Shown here: positions 1 to 8,929 of the stretch, piece after piece
How positions within the stretch are numbered: the stretch's first letter is position 1
Layout: every line of letters starts with the position of its first letter
Translations under genes and position numbers: made by a program
From: a virus
DNA length: 64,000 bases
Direction: 5' to 3' (one strand)
IMG/VR virus record: IMGVR_UViG_3300008108_000036
Notes under the pieces: generated by a model
Seen by the model: only the letters and a program-made list of their open reading frames with translations
Told to the model about the DNA's origin: nothing
The model's database searches: none

Positions 1-1348
1 CGCTTGGTTTTAATCTCAACAATTCTCGTATCAACCAACTATCTTCACATTCGAAGGAGCTTAGATATGACTCGAATGTTTCTGATTTTATAGCCTTATG
101 TGTTGTTTCGTGCTGTGAAGCAGCACTTGAGAGATATGAAAACATTGATTTTGCTTTAGTGAAAGAATCTCGCATGGTTGTAAAAAGAACAGGATCGAGA
201 CCCCAGTTGTCACAAATAGCTTCAATTATACCCGATAAAATAAACTGAATGCCGTGTGATTGTATTACAATAGCAAAAACAAAAAAACGAAAGCTGTGTA
301 TGTTTGCAAGTAAATCGTCTAGATATATAGTAGAACTATAATCATCCACTCTTTCAACCTTCTCGTTTTCTTCGCATAAGTTTTGATAATCATAGACTAA
401 TAAAGTTAAGCAAGTTTGGTCCGTTCTTGTTAAAACCGACACTCTACGAAGACAAAAATTCCATAAATGGCTAGACGTTTCGTTCCATTTGTTTTGTAAC
501 CCATACCATGTCATTACTCGAGTTAGTACTCCTTCTATATAAGTTCCTGCGCATTTTGGTATATGGAGAAATACGGGGACTTTTCGACAATTATTTGACA
601 GATTCTGCTTAATGTTGTTTTTTTGCGTTTTTAGTTTTTTAATTAAATCTATATGAGTATAATAGAAGTTTTTCGTGTGAATTACGACAGCTTCATTTTT
701 TTTGTCTTTGTGATGTAAATTGAAATCATCAATATCTGAAAGGTTTAATATTGATTTACTGTCAACACAATATGATGAATAGCTGTCTTTCATTGCTTGA
801 TGTAAAGCAAAATCATAATTTGTGTGAATGTTTTCAAGATTGTGAGTTAAGAAAAGCTCGTTTAATAACTGTAGAAATTTACTACTTCTGTTATAAACAG
901 CTACTCCGTTCATGTGGTTTGAATAATCTTGTGGGGTGTTTTCAACCGTTTTCCATTTATTTCCGTAGTATGTTGAACCACAAATAAACCATTCAGACTT
1001 ATTTAAGGATAAAATCTCACGATTAAGATGTTCGTCAAATCTTGGAAATATGGCACAATCAGATTCCAACAAAAGAATTTTTTTATACTTTTCTGGTTCA
1101 TAATTTATTAAAAAATGAAAAACTTTTGTTGTTGGATTCAATACGGTTGTGTCGTCAACGACAATGAATTGTATTAAAGAACTAAAGCCAATTAAAGATG
1201 ATAGGTTGGCTTTAAAACTTTCTTTATCTAAAAACACACAAATGTCTATTATTCTTGTTTTGTGTTTAAAAATGCTTTTGATAAGTCGTGCTAATCGTCC
1301 ATCTTCGATTTCTTTTGAGCAAGATTGTATAAAAATTGCATCTAACAT
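1..1348 (-). CDS. Partial (runs off left edge) glycosyltransferase-like + sulfotransferase fusion protein
   Basis: Manual translation from ATG at 1348 (MLDAIFIQSCSKEIEDGRL...) is open to position 1. N-half has LLLESDC and NHMNGVAVYN (GT-like). C-half has FLHIPKCAGTYI and TMRDSFTKAKSMFSYL, the PAPS-binding motifs of Sulfotransfer_2. Absent from ORF track because there is no stop in the window. Confidence 0.75.
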   Translation of the reverse strand, partial: MLDAIFIQSCSKEIEDGRLARLIKSIFKHKTRIIDICVFLDKESFKANLSSLIGFSSLIQFIVVDDTTVLNPTTKVFHFLINYEPEKYKKILLLESDCAIFPRFDEHLNREILSLNKSEWFICGSTYYGNKWKTVENTPQDYSNHMNGVAVYNRSSKFLQLLNELFLTHNLENIHTNYDFALHQAMKDSYSSYCVDSKSILNLSDIDDFNLHHKDKKNEAVVIHTKNFYYTHIDLIKKLKTQKNNIKQNLSNNCRKVPVFLHIPKCAGTYIEGVLTRVMTWYGLQNKWNETSSHLWNFCLRRVSVLTRTDQTCLTLLVYDYQNLCEENEKVERVDDYSSTIYLDDLLANIHSFRFFVFAIVIQSHGIQFILSGIIEAICDNWGLDPVLFTTMRDSFTKAKSMFSYLSSAASQHETTHKAIKSETFESYLSSFECEDSWLIRELLRLKPS

Positions 1349-3729
1349 ATGCTTGTAATTATGCTTTCAGATAATAGATGTAAATTAATTTTGTAGTAAT
1401 TTGTTTTTATGTAGTCTGTTGTATTATCAGCTTTTTTATAAAAAACCGAGGTGTTACCAAAGTAATTGAATTCTCCTAATCGTTCTAAATTAAGAAGGTG
1501 CGTTTTACACTTATCAGCTAGCTCTTTCTTAATATTTATTAAGGTATGTTTTTCTGTTTGTATTTTGTATTTTGTTTGAACCTCGATGATTTCCGTCAAT
1601 TCGATTTTTTGTTGTTCTGTTGATTTATTCTTTAAATCATTAACTATATACTGTAAAAATACTGGATCTGCACAACGTTCATCGAAAATTAAACTTTGAG
1701 TTGTACTTTCAGACTGGCTAAGTCGCTTAATCAATTTTTTAAAATTGGCTGGACATAAATGAGATAGTCTTTTCCAAAAAGCGTTAAACGTTTCCGTCAA
1801 AATATGCTGTTGAAAATCTATTAGGAAAAAATGCTCAGGACTTAATTGTGTATACAGTGAACCTACTAAAGTTTCTATTTGAGGAAAAAATTGAGTAGAA
1901 CAATGTTGTATATAGTGATTTATATTAAAATTTTTAATTGTTTCTATAGAAGAGTTTTCTATCCGTTTAATTGCTTTAAATTTTAGATCATCATATAAGT
2001 TGTCTACTAAAAATATAGAGTTAATTTCAAGAAAATTATTCATTTCATCGTAAAAATAATTAAATATTTCTGTTCCTGACATAACAAACTGCTCTCCTAA
2101 TAATAAAATACTGTCTTCTTTTATTGTTAGAGAGATGTAACGTAATAAAGAAATTAAAGCTCTGTGTTCTGATTCGTCAGTTAGCTTGAGTAGTTGTCTG
2201 GCTAATGTATTATGTAAGATTCTAGACGGATCAGAAAACCACGATGTTATCTCCCACCGAGACGTTTTAAACTCTTTTGCTAAACGTTCGTTTAAAAATA
2301 CTATTTGATCGTTAGCAGCAAGGTATTCCATTAGGCTTAAAACTTTTCTAGGAGCATAACAAAACATGCAAAATAGCTTTGGGGTGTTATTTTTTGCTGT
2401 TGTTTTATGTTTAACATTAATATAATCGTTGGTTTTTTCAAATAATTGTGAAATGTCTAATATGTGTTCTAATATATCATTGCGTTTTAAAATTTCTAAA
2501 AAGACAATAAGCGAGCTTTCAAAAGTTATTTCGGTTTGTAATTTTTGAATATTATTGCTATTGTTCAATTCGTTGCTCGTAATAGGCGACTTAAAATTTT
2601 GTTGTACAATACTATTCCATGAAACATTTGAAATATTATCTTTTATAATAAAGTCTTCATTTAAATCATTTGTTGTAACTTCAACAAACTTTGTATTATT
2701 GGTTAATAAACTATTCTCTCGTACGTGTATTCCTGTATGCTTCCCGAAAAACGCAAACGTGACAGGGTTGGATAAAATGTTTACAAACACGTTTTTGCTT
2801 AAGATTACATTAATATTGCTGATATAAATATTCTCAGATCGAGTATAAGACCATTTATTGAAGTCAGATACCGTCACTGTTCTGCCAACTGTACTTTCTT
2901 TAGATATATGTTTAGCTCTACATCCGTCATTGAAAGAAATATTATACTCAATTGTTATATTAGTATTTCCACCCATCACACTAATAAATCCGCCTGCATT
3001 GTCTCTACAAATATTGTAGTTCACATGAATAGAGTGGTTGTTCTTTTTTAAATAAACGGCTGTTGAGCGAATTTCTCCAAAACATGAAGTTATTTCATTT
3101 TTTAATATTTTAACATTTGAACAATTTTCAATTGTAACACCCGAAGATCCTTTTGTTGAAATATCTGATGTTAGAAATTTTCCAGCTCTTGTTATTTTAT
3201 TGAGTTCGATTAAACCATGTGTTACATGGTTTAAGAGTATTGCTGTAGAAGATGTATTTCTAATTTGGTTGTTTTTTATTATAACATTTTTAAAAATATT
3301 AGCATTATTATCCAAATAAATTGTTTGAGAAGTTCTTAGTAAAATTGCGTGACATGCAATGCCTTCAAATTCACAATTTTCTATACTAATATTTTCTATT
3401 TTAATATTATTTCCTAGCACGTTAAACTCTATTGATGATTTAGACGAATCTCCTGTATATATGTTGTGCATATAAACATTGCTGATAAAAAACCCGCCAA
3501 ATAATTCATTGTGGGTTGATTGATTTATCAAATTACCAAATGTAAAATATATTTTTCCGTGCCTTATTTCTAAATTTTCTATATGAATGAAACTGCAGTT
3601 TTTGAATTGTATGCATTGGTGTCTATCTGGCGAAGGAAGTATGACGGGTCTCTTTAAGTGTTGTGATGAAGAGCTATCATACCAATTTATTTTAATCGGA
3701 TTATCTAATCGGATTATCTTTAGTTCCAT
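1342..3729 (-). CDS. Right-handed parallel beta-helix (pectate-lyase-like) protein, C-terminal part of a frameshifted gene
   Basis: Repeated I-x-I-x-N-N-x-I beta-helix pattern over the first ~390 aa; C-terminal domain of unknown function. Confidence 0.7.
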   Translation of the reverse strand: MELKIIRLDNPIKINWYDSSSSQHLKRPVILPSPDRHQCIQFKNCSFIHIENLEIRHGKIYFTFGNLINQSTHNELFGGFFISNVYMHNIYTGDSSKSSIEFNVLGNNIKIENISIENCEFEGIACHAILLRTSQTIYLDNNANIFKNVIIKNNQIRNTSSTAILLNHVTHGLIELNKITRAGKFLTSDISTKGSSGVTIENCSNVKILKNEITSCFGEIRSTAVYLKKNNHSIHVNYNICRDNAGGFISVMGGNTNITIEYNISFNDGCRAKHISKESTVGRTVTVSDFNKWSYTRSENIYISNINVILSKNVFVNILSNPVTFAFFGKHTGIHVRENSLLTNNTKFVEVTTNDLNEDFIIKDNISNVSWNSIVQQNFKSPITSNELNNSNNIQKLQTEITFESSLIVFLEILKRNDILEHILDISQLFEKTNDYINVKHKTTAKNNTPKLFCMFCYAPRKVLSLMEYLAANDQIVFLNERLAKEFKTSRWEITSWFSDPSRILHNTLARQLLKLTDESEHRALISLLRYISLTIKEDSILLLGEQFVMSGTEIFNYFYDEMNNFLEINSIFLVDNLYDDLKFKAIKRIENSSIETIKNFNINHYIQHCSTQFFPQIETLVGSLYTQLSPEHFFLIDFQQHILTETFNAFWKRLSHLCPANFKKLIKRLSQSESTTQSLIFDERCADPVFLQYIVNDLKNKSTEQQKIELTEIIEVQTKYKIQTEKHTLINIKKELADKCKTHLLNLERLGEFNYFGNTSVFYKKADNTTDYIKTNYYKINLHLLSESIITSIC
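3693..3718. repeat. Exact 13-bp tandem duplication (taatcggattatc x2) causing a frameshift
   Basis: 3693-3705 and 3706-3718 are identical; the unit contains the inverted repeat TAATC-G-GATTA. Confidence 0.95.
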
Positions 3730-3934
3730 GCAAGTTTTTAAACATTACTGTATCAGTAAATACAGAACCTGACTTGAGTAAAATTTTGTCACCCGGACCG
3801 AGTGGATCATTTATGTGATATAAAGCTAATTTATTTAAAGTTTTCCAAGGGCAGTTAACGTGGGTTCCTACATTTTCGTCACAACCGTTTATTGAGTCTA
3901 TATAAAAAGTTTTATTTGTAATGTTTTTTAACAT
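3701..3934 (-). CDS. N-terminal fragment of the beta-helix protein, separated by a 13-bp duplication
   Basis: TFYIDSINGCDENVGT...PWKTL...GPGDKILLKSGSVF is the typical N-cap of beta-helix enzymes. Ends DNPIR* exactly where the downstream ORF reads DNPIKINWY. Confidence 0.7.
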   Translation of the reverse strand: MLKNITNKTFYIDSINGCDENVGTHVNCPWKTLNKLALYHINDPLGPGDKILLKSGSVFTDTVMFKNLHGTKDNPIR

Positions 3935-3969
3935 ACTATGTGTTTATTTATTTAAACGTATAGCATAAC

Positions 3970-4965
3970 TTACATACGTTGAATCGTATAAACCGTATGT
4001 TTATATAAATTACAAATAGTAGTAAAAATCTCAGTCAATTCTTCATCGTAATAGCTTTCTGATAAATAATTCAAATATCTTTTATATTCGCAACTATTAT
4101 TCCAATCTTGATTTCTATAAATTCTTTCTTGGAATACTTGCTTAATATCAGGTTTTAAATATTTAAAATGTGCTAATATAAAATGTTGTTGGGTTATATT
4201 TAAATGTCTGTTTGATTCCGTCCAGTTGGAGTATGCAATTTCAGGAGGCCACCAACAAGTAAAATCTTTTGGTAATATCCAATGCATCCCCACAGAAAGA
4301 TTATGAGTATCGTAAAAATCATATTTAAAAAAACTTTTTTTGGTTAAGCAGACTGAGCTGGAATTAGGTTTTTTGTTACCATTTAAAATAACGTGTCTCA
4401 AACCGCCTTTTATTTCATAAGAGTTGTCGGGTGCTGCTTTAGAGTATATCGTTTTTTCAGTAAACTTGTGAAAATAACATGAATGTTCAAAAAAAGAAGT
4501 TCCGGTCGAATATGCAACTCCATCAAACCTCTTGGGATAAAAGTCGACGAGACAAGTTTGTGCAATATTAGTTTTTTGGTTTTCCATTTGTAATACTGAA
4601 TCTTGTACTGTAGTACTACTACTCGGAAGAACTAAAATTTCATCTATATCTACGACCAAGCACCATTTATTGTGCATTTTTAAATTAAGAATTTCGTTTA
4701 CCCAAGCAATTCCATAATTGGCCTTCGAATATGAGTCGCTACAAGAATACAATTCTAGATTTAAGTCATTCCGATTCTTTAAATACTCAATAGTACCATC
4801 GTTTGAATTGTTGTCAATAAAAATGAAGTGAGTTACTCCTAGGGTTTTGTAGTACTGTATAAAAAACGGCAGCAATAACAATTCATTCCATATCACACAT
4901 ATTAAGGTTACATCAACTATATTAGTGTCTACGTTTACGTTATTTTCTTTTATACATTCTAACAT
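3970..4965 (-). CDS. Glycosyltransferase family 2-like (Glyco_tranf_2_4 type)
   Basis: NELLLLPFFIQYYKTLGVTHFIFIDNNSNDGT and WCLVVDIDE (DxD). Confidence 0.8.
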   Translation of the reverse strand: MLECIKENNVNVDTNIVDVTLICVIWNELLLLPFFIQYYKTLGVTHFIFIDNNSNDGTIEYLKNRNDLNLELYSCSDSYSKANYGIAWVNEILNLKMHNKWCLVVDIDEILVLPSSSTTVQDSVLQMENQKTNIAQTCLVDFYPKRFDGVAYSTGTSFFEHSCYFHKFTEKTIYSKAAPDNSYEIKGGLRHVILNGNKKPNSSSVCLTKKSFFKYDFYDTHNLSVGMHWILPKDFTCWWPPEIAYSNWTESNRHLNITQQHFILAHFKYLKPDIKQVFQERIYRNQDWNNSCEYKRYLNYLSESYYDEELTEIFTTICNLYKHTVYTIQRM

Positions 4966-4966
4966 A

Positions 4967-5581
4967 CTAGTGGTTTAAATCAAATGTATAATCAAACATT
5001 TTAATATCTGTCAAAAAATATTGTTCTACTATTTTTTTCGTTTTTGTAGTATAAAAATCCGAATAATGTGTTTTATTATTTGACCCATTTAACTGCAGTA
5101 ATGGTGACCATTCAATTTCTAAGACATTATTGCATATACGCTTAAAGTCTTCGTTAATTGTTTCAAACCGTCCGAGAAAATTGACGTCTAATTTGCCAGT
5201 GCTATCGGTTATAAACTTTGATGATTCGGTAAACACAAAGTTCGGAGCAGTTAAAATAAATTCTTCAAAAGAAATATTATCTGAGATTGAGTATTTACTT
5301 TGTTTATGTAATTTGAGATAATTATACCAAGATACTACTTTGTCCCAAGGATTTCTTACAAATCCTATAGTATTTATATTTGATACATTATAATGTTGTT
5401 TTACTGCCATTAAAGAAGCATGCTTTCCGCTAACATCACCAAAAGGTTTATTAGTTTCTTTGGTTTTAATGTGTGGAAAGTCATTTTCTTCACAGTACAA
5501 TGACAAAAAAGATTCTATAGAAGTTGTTCCGGTTTTTGGCACTGCAATGAAGCAGAAAGATAGAGGCTTACAGTAAATCAT
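4967..5581 (-). CDS. Sulfotransferase family 2 protein
   Basis: FIAVPKTGTTSI (5'-PSB), FVRNPWDKVVSWY (3'-PB), FLGRFE, C-terminal DIKMFDY. Confidence 0.88.
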   Translation of the reverse strand: MIYCKPLSFCFIAVPKTGTTSIESFLSLYCEENDFPHIKTKETNKPFGDVSGKHASLMAVKQHYNVSNINTIGFVRNPWDKVVSWYNYLKLHKQSKYSISDNISFEEFILTAPNFVFTESSKFITDSTGKLDVNFLGRFETINEDFKRICNNVLEIEWSPLLQLNGSNNKTHYSDFYTTKTKKIVEQYFLTDIKMFDYTFDLNH

Positions 5582-6342
5582 AAATCAAAGTTGATTTCAA
5601 TATTTCTAAAAAACTCGAGTTCGTTTTTAATTAAAAAATCTATTTTTGTTAATGTTGCATCGGAAAACACAGTTCGAATATTTGGATATTTATAACTTTT
5701 ATGAATATCTATAGCAGAAATTTGTTTGATTTGATTTTTATCTGCATTGTTTTCAATCCTATAAATGTTATTGAATATATTGTTTGTTTTTTTGTGTAAA
5801 TGTTTGATCTTATCATAATACTGCTTTCTCCAAATAAATTTATATATACGTTCGACGACAGAAGTGTCATAAAATAAGCTTAACGTAGACGAAATACGGT
5901 TCGGAAGCAAAGCAACAAATGTATTAAGACTACTAACTTTCTTTTCAAAATGCGTTAAAATCCATTCTTTGATTTTATTAACTTCTTCTTGAGTGCAATC
6001 TTCAGTTTTATGTTCAATATAAGAAGAAAACGAACGCTCGAATTCCAAATGAGTATCGTTCAGAGAGTAATTTTCTAGATATTCCGAAAAAAGCCGATAA
6101 TAAGGATTGCGCCAAAAAATTATTAATTTAAATTCGTCTAAATTGTCACAATTCGTTACAGGTTTAGCATAAAATTTATCATAAATCTTATTGTTTATTT
6201 TGTAGTTTTGCTCCTTTTTGTTGTTTAATATTACTCCATTTTCTAAATGAGTTACAATTTCTAACACTGCTGGATAAGGGGAAATATCGGACCATAAGCA
6301 AACAGCTTTAGAATTTCCTTTTATTAATTTATGAAGTTTCAT
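5578..6342 (-). CDS. Divergent sulfotransferase-like protein
   Basis: IIFWRNPYYRLFSEYLE 3'-PB-like motif; similar layout to 13329..14183, but the 5'-PSB lysine motif is degenerate. Confidence 0.5.
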   Translation of the reverse strand: MKLHKLIKGNSKAVCLWSDISPYPAVLEIVTHLENGVILNNKKEQNYKINNKIYDKFYAKPVTNCDNLDEFKLIIFWRNPYYRLFSEYLENYSLNDTHLEFERSFSSYIEHKTEDCTQEEVNKIKEWILTHFEKKVSSLNTFVALLPNRISSTLSLFYDTSVVERIYKFIWRKQYYDKIKHLHKKTNNIFNNIYRIENNADKNQIKQISAIDIHKSYKYPNIRTVFSDATLTKIDFLIKNELEFFRNIEINFDL

Positions 6343-7001
6343 GATTTAATAAATGATTTTATTTGCTCAATAAAATAAGAATCTTTTGTTATATCGCCTT
6401 GAATAACATTGATATCAGTTTGTGTATTTAAAAACGTTTCGATTTTTTCTTTTTTGCTTTTAATTCTTTTTGCTATTGACTCCTCATTCTCTGACCAATT
6501 TTTCATGGAGCTTGTTAATACTTCGTTATCAGAGCGTTTTAAATATATGTATTTTACAGTGCGATATAATTTATTTAATATATTTAAAAAATTTAAATTT
6601 TCATACATGTCCCATCTAATCTCTTTAAATCCTGTAATTTGTTGGTTATAATATGTAGTTAAAGTTTTAATTAATTTATAATTTAACGTTTCATATGCAT
6701 CGCAATTATGGTACATTTCATTACCAATATAATAGTCAACTCCAGCTATTTGTGTTTGCAATTTAGCATCGGCCACTGTTTTTATGCTTTTTTTTATATG
6801 AGGGTGGTTAGAAATATGAGTTAAAAATTCATTTAAACAATCAATAGTTTTTAATAAACTTAAAGTTGTACCCATATCCTCTCCATAAATTGTAGTATTA
6901 CAATCTCTGTTAAGTTGATTCATAACAAACGTAGACCCACATCTCCCAACGCCCATTATTATAACAAACGTCGAGTTTATCATAAATAATGATCTAAGCA
7001 A
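6339..7001 (-). CDS. Sulfotransferase (P-loop-like fold)
   Basis: IIMGVGRCGSTFVMNQLN, GFKEIRW, KYIYLKR motifs. Confidence 0.75.
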   Translation of the reverse strand: MLRSLFMINSTFVIIMGVGRCGSTFVMNQLNRDCNTTIYGEDMGTTLSLLKTIDCLNEFLTHISNHPHIKKSIKTVADAKLQTQIAGVDYYIGNEMYHNCDAYETLNYKLIKTLTTYYNQQITGFKEIRWDMYENLNFLNILNKLYRTVKYIYLKRSDNEVLTSSMKNWSENEESIAKRIKSKKEKIETFLNTQTDINVIQGDITKDSYFIEQIKSFIKS

Positions 7002-8842
7002 AGAGGATATTTGTTAATTTGTGCTTCAACTTGACTGGGAGACATTTTCCATATATGGCCCATTCCGCCATCAATATCTGACGCTGCACAATCAGCATTA
7101 ATATCTACGCACGGGTAGTTTAAAAACTTCAATTGCACTTCCGGATCGCTTTTTGGATCACAGCACATAGATATAAACTTATCAGCAGGAGCTATAATAC
7201 TGTTAGGTTCGTATACTTTGCAAGGTTGTTTAATTTTCTGTTGTTTTGCTATTAATTTCACGTTTGGTGGATCATAGTGATACACATGCTCTAAAAACTT
7301 AGGTTGTTGAGTTGCTCTAATTAATTTTTTAGCTCCCTCAAGACTAACAATATAACTTTCAGTTCCATGAAAAATTACTCTATGCTCTGGTTTTACATAG
7401 CTAAACCTTTTATTCAATTGAATAAATTCGTATGCCTCTATATTTACTGGCATACGATTTAAAAATTTGTTTAAAGAATGAGTATCAACATCATCTTCAA
7501 CCACGAGAACATGTGATAACTTTTGTTGTACAATTTGTTCCCAAATTAAATAATGGCTTAAATAACATCCTACTGCTCCATTTGCTCCTTTAAAATACAT
7601 AGAATAAGTAATGGTAGAAGGTCTTACTACGAGATTATAATCTAGACACAATTCGGGAGTTTTCCGAGTATCAATGGCGCTAAATTCTTGAATAAAAGGT
7701 ATGTCCGAATTAATTTTTTTCCATCTCTCACGGTTGTCTTTAAGTGTAACGCAAACTCCATGTTCTATAGATTTGTTTGGAATAAACTTAACATTGAATT
7801 CAGAAGTTTTATAAAAAACTTTATAAGGAGTTCTTTGAACAGATGCAAGAGGCTGATGACAAATTAGTCTGTTAGATATATTAGATTTTGATTTATTTGC
7901 TAATTCGTAGTTTTTAGTCCTTTCGTCGTCATTATGAGGTAAATGTTTGATAAACAGACTAGCGTCTGGCCAGATTACTTCTTTCATTCTTGGCTTGGTT
8001 TCTATTATTCTTCTACTCAAATCTAAATCATCAAATCCCCAACCATTTAAATCTTCTCTGTAGTAAACAAAGTCCTTTTTATCACAAAAAAGCAATCCGC
8101 TCATCGAATGACCGAATCTCCAATCTCCTCTAATAAAGTAACATTCTGAACTATCGTATACTGCATTATCAAGTCTGGTAATCCAGGAAGAATCAACGCA
8201 CAAGTGATCACAGTCTATTTTTAATAATTTATCACACGACGCAAAATCTGCTGCCAAATTGTAAGCCTTGCCTAAATTGAAGTGATTTTCTTCTTCGACT
8301 CTAACTATAATGATTTTTTGATGTTTGGCCCATTCTTTAATCAAAGAAAGTTCGGATAAAGGAATTTTAGAATTAAAATCTACGATTATATATTCTTTAA
8401 TTTGAGGTATATCAAACCATGTTGGTAAAGTTTGAATCAAGTGTTCGTGACGGTCCATGCATGCTACGATTAAAGAAGCTTCTATTTTAGAAGTTTTTAC
8501 GTGATTTTTTATTATAATACTTTGTTCTGTTGTTGTTTCATTCTCAGCAAACCATTGCTGTAATTCATTCACCGCTTCTACCCACATTTGATCTAATGAG
8601 TGTTCGGTTGGTTCGCCGTCTTTGTATAGTTTGTTTAAGACATATTTTACTAAGCTTGGTTTATTTAACTGCTTTGCAGTGATTCCGCATAAAATTAAAG
8701 TTTCTTTTTGAGAACTTTGTGTTTCTATAAACTGCTCTAATTCTTTTTGGTCTTCTTTAAGTCGTATTATGTTGTTTAACACGACGTCATAAACATCAGA
8801 AGTCTCTAACGTTTTATTTACAATTTGATCAACATTTTTCAT
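6980..8842 (-). CDS. Two-domain glycosyltransferase (GT2/GT7-like + GT25)
   Basis: ACMDR..FNLGKAYN..KIDCD..GWGFDDLDL (GT7 C-terminal-like), followed by GAVGCYLSH..VLVVEDD..GTESYIVSLEGAKKL (GT25). Confidence 0.8.
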   Translation of the reverse strand: MKNVDQIVNKTLETSDVYDVVLNNIIRLKEDQKELEQFIETQSSQKETLILCGITAKQLNKPSLVKYVLNKLYKDGEPTEHSLDQMWVEAVNELQQWFAENETTTEQSIIIKNHVKTSKIEASLIVACMDRHEHLIQTLPTWFDIPQIKEYIIVDFNSKIPLSELSLIKEWAKHQKIIIVRVEEENHFNLGKAYNLAADFASCDKLLKIDCDHLCVDSSWITRLDNAVYDSSECYFIRGDWRFGHSMSGLLFCDKKDFVYYREDLNGWGFDDLDLSRRIIETKPRMKEVIWPDASLFIKHLPHNDDERTKNYELANKSKSNISNRLICHQPLASVQRTPYKVFYKTSEFNVKFIPNKSIEHGVCVTLKDNRERWKKINSDIPFIQEFSAIDTRKTPELCLDYNLVVRPSTITYSMYFKGANGAVGCYLSHYLIWEQIVQQKLSHVLVVEDDVDTHSLNKFLNRMPVNIEAYEFIQLNKRFSYVKPEHRVIFHGTESYIVSLEGAKKLIRATQQPKFLEHVYHYDPPNVKLIAKQQKIKQPCKVYEPNSIIAPADKFISMCCDPKSDPEVQLKFLNYPCVDINADCAASDIDGGMGHIWKMSPSQVEAQINKYPLCLDHYL

Positions 8843-8847
8843 AAAAA

Positions 8848-8876
8848 TTATTAAATCGAAATTGGCATTTTGTCAA
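8848..8876 (-). promoter_or_regulatory. Sigma70-like promoter for left glycan operon
   Basis: TTGACA-N17-TAATAA, 5 nt before ATG at 8842. Confidence 0.55.
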
Positions 8877-8929
8877 CTAATATCTTTATGTGTTTGACCT
8901 TAATCAGACCATAGCTTAAGTTATGTTAA

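Noticed and set aside
751-2827. Short plus-strand ORFs (751..987, 1149..1358, 2555..2827) and similar antisense ORFs elsewhere
   Set aside because: Shadow ORFs opposite longer genes that carry clear motifs.
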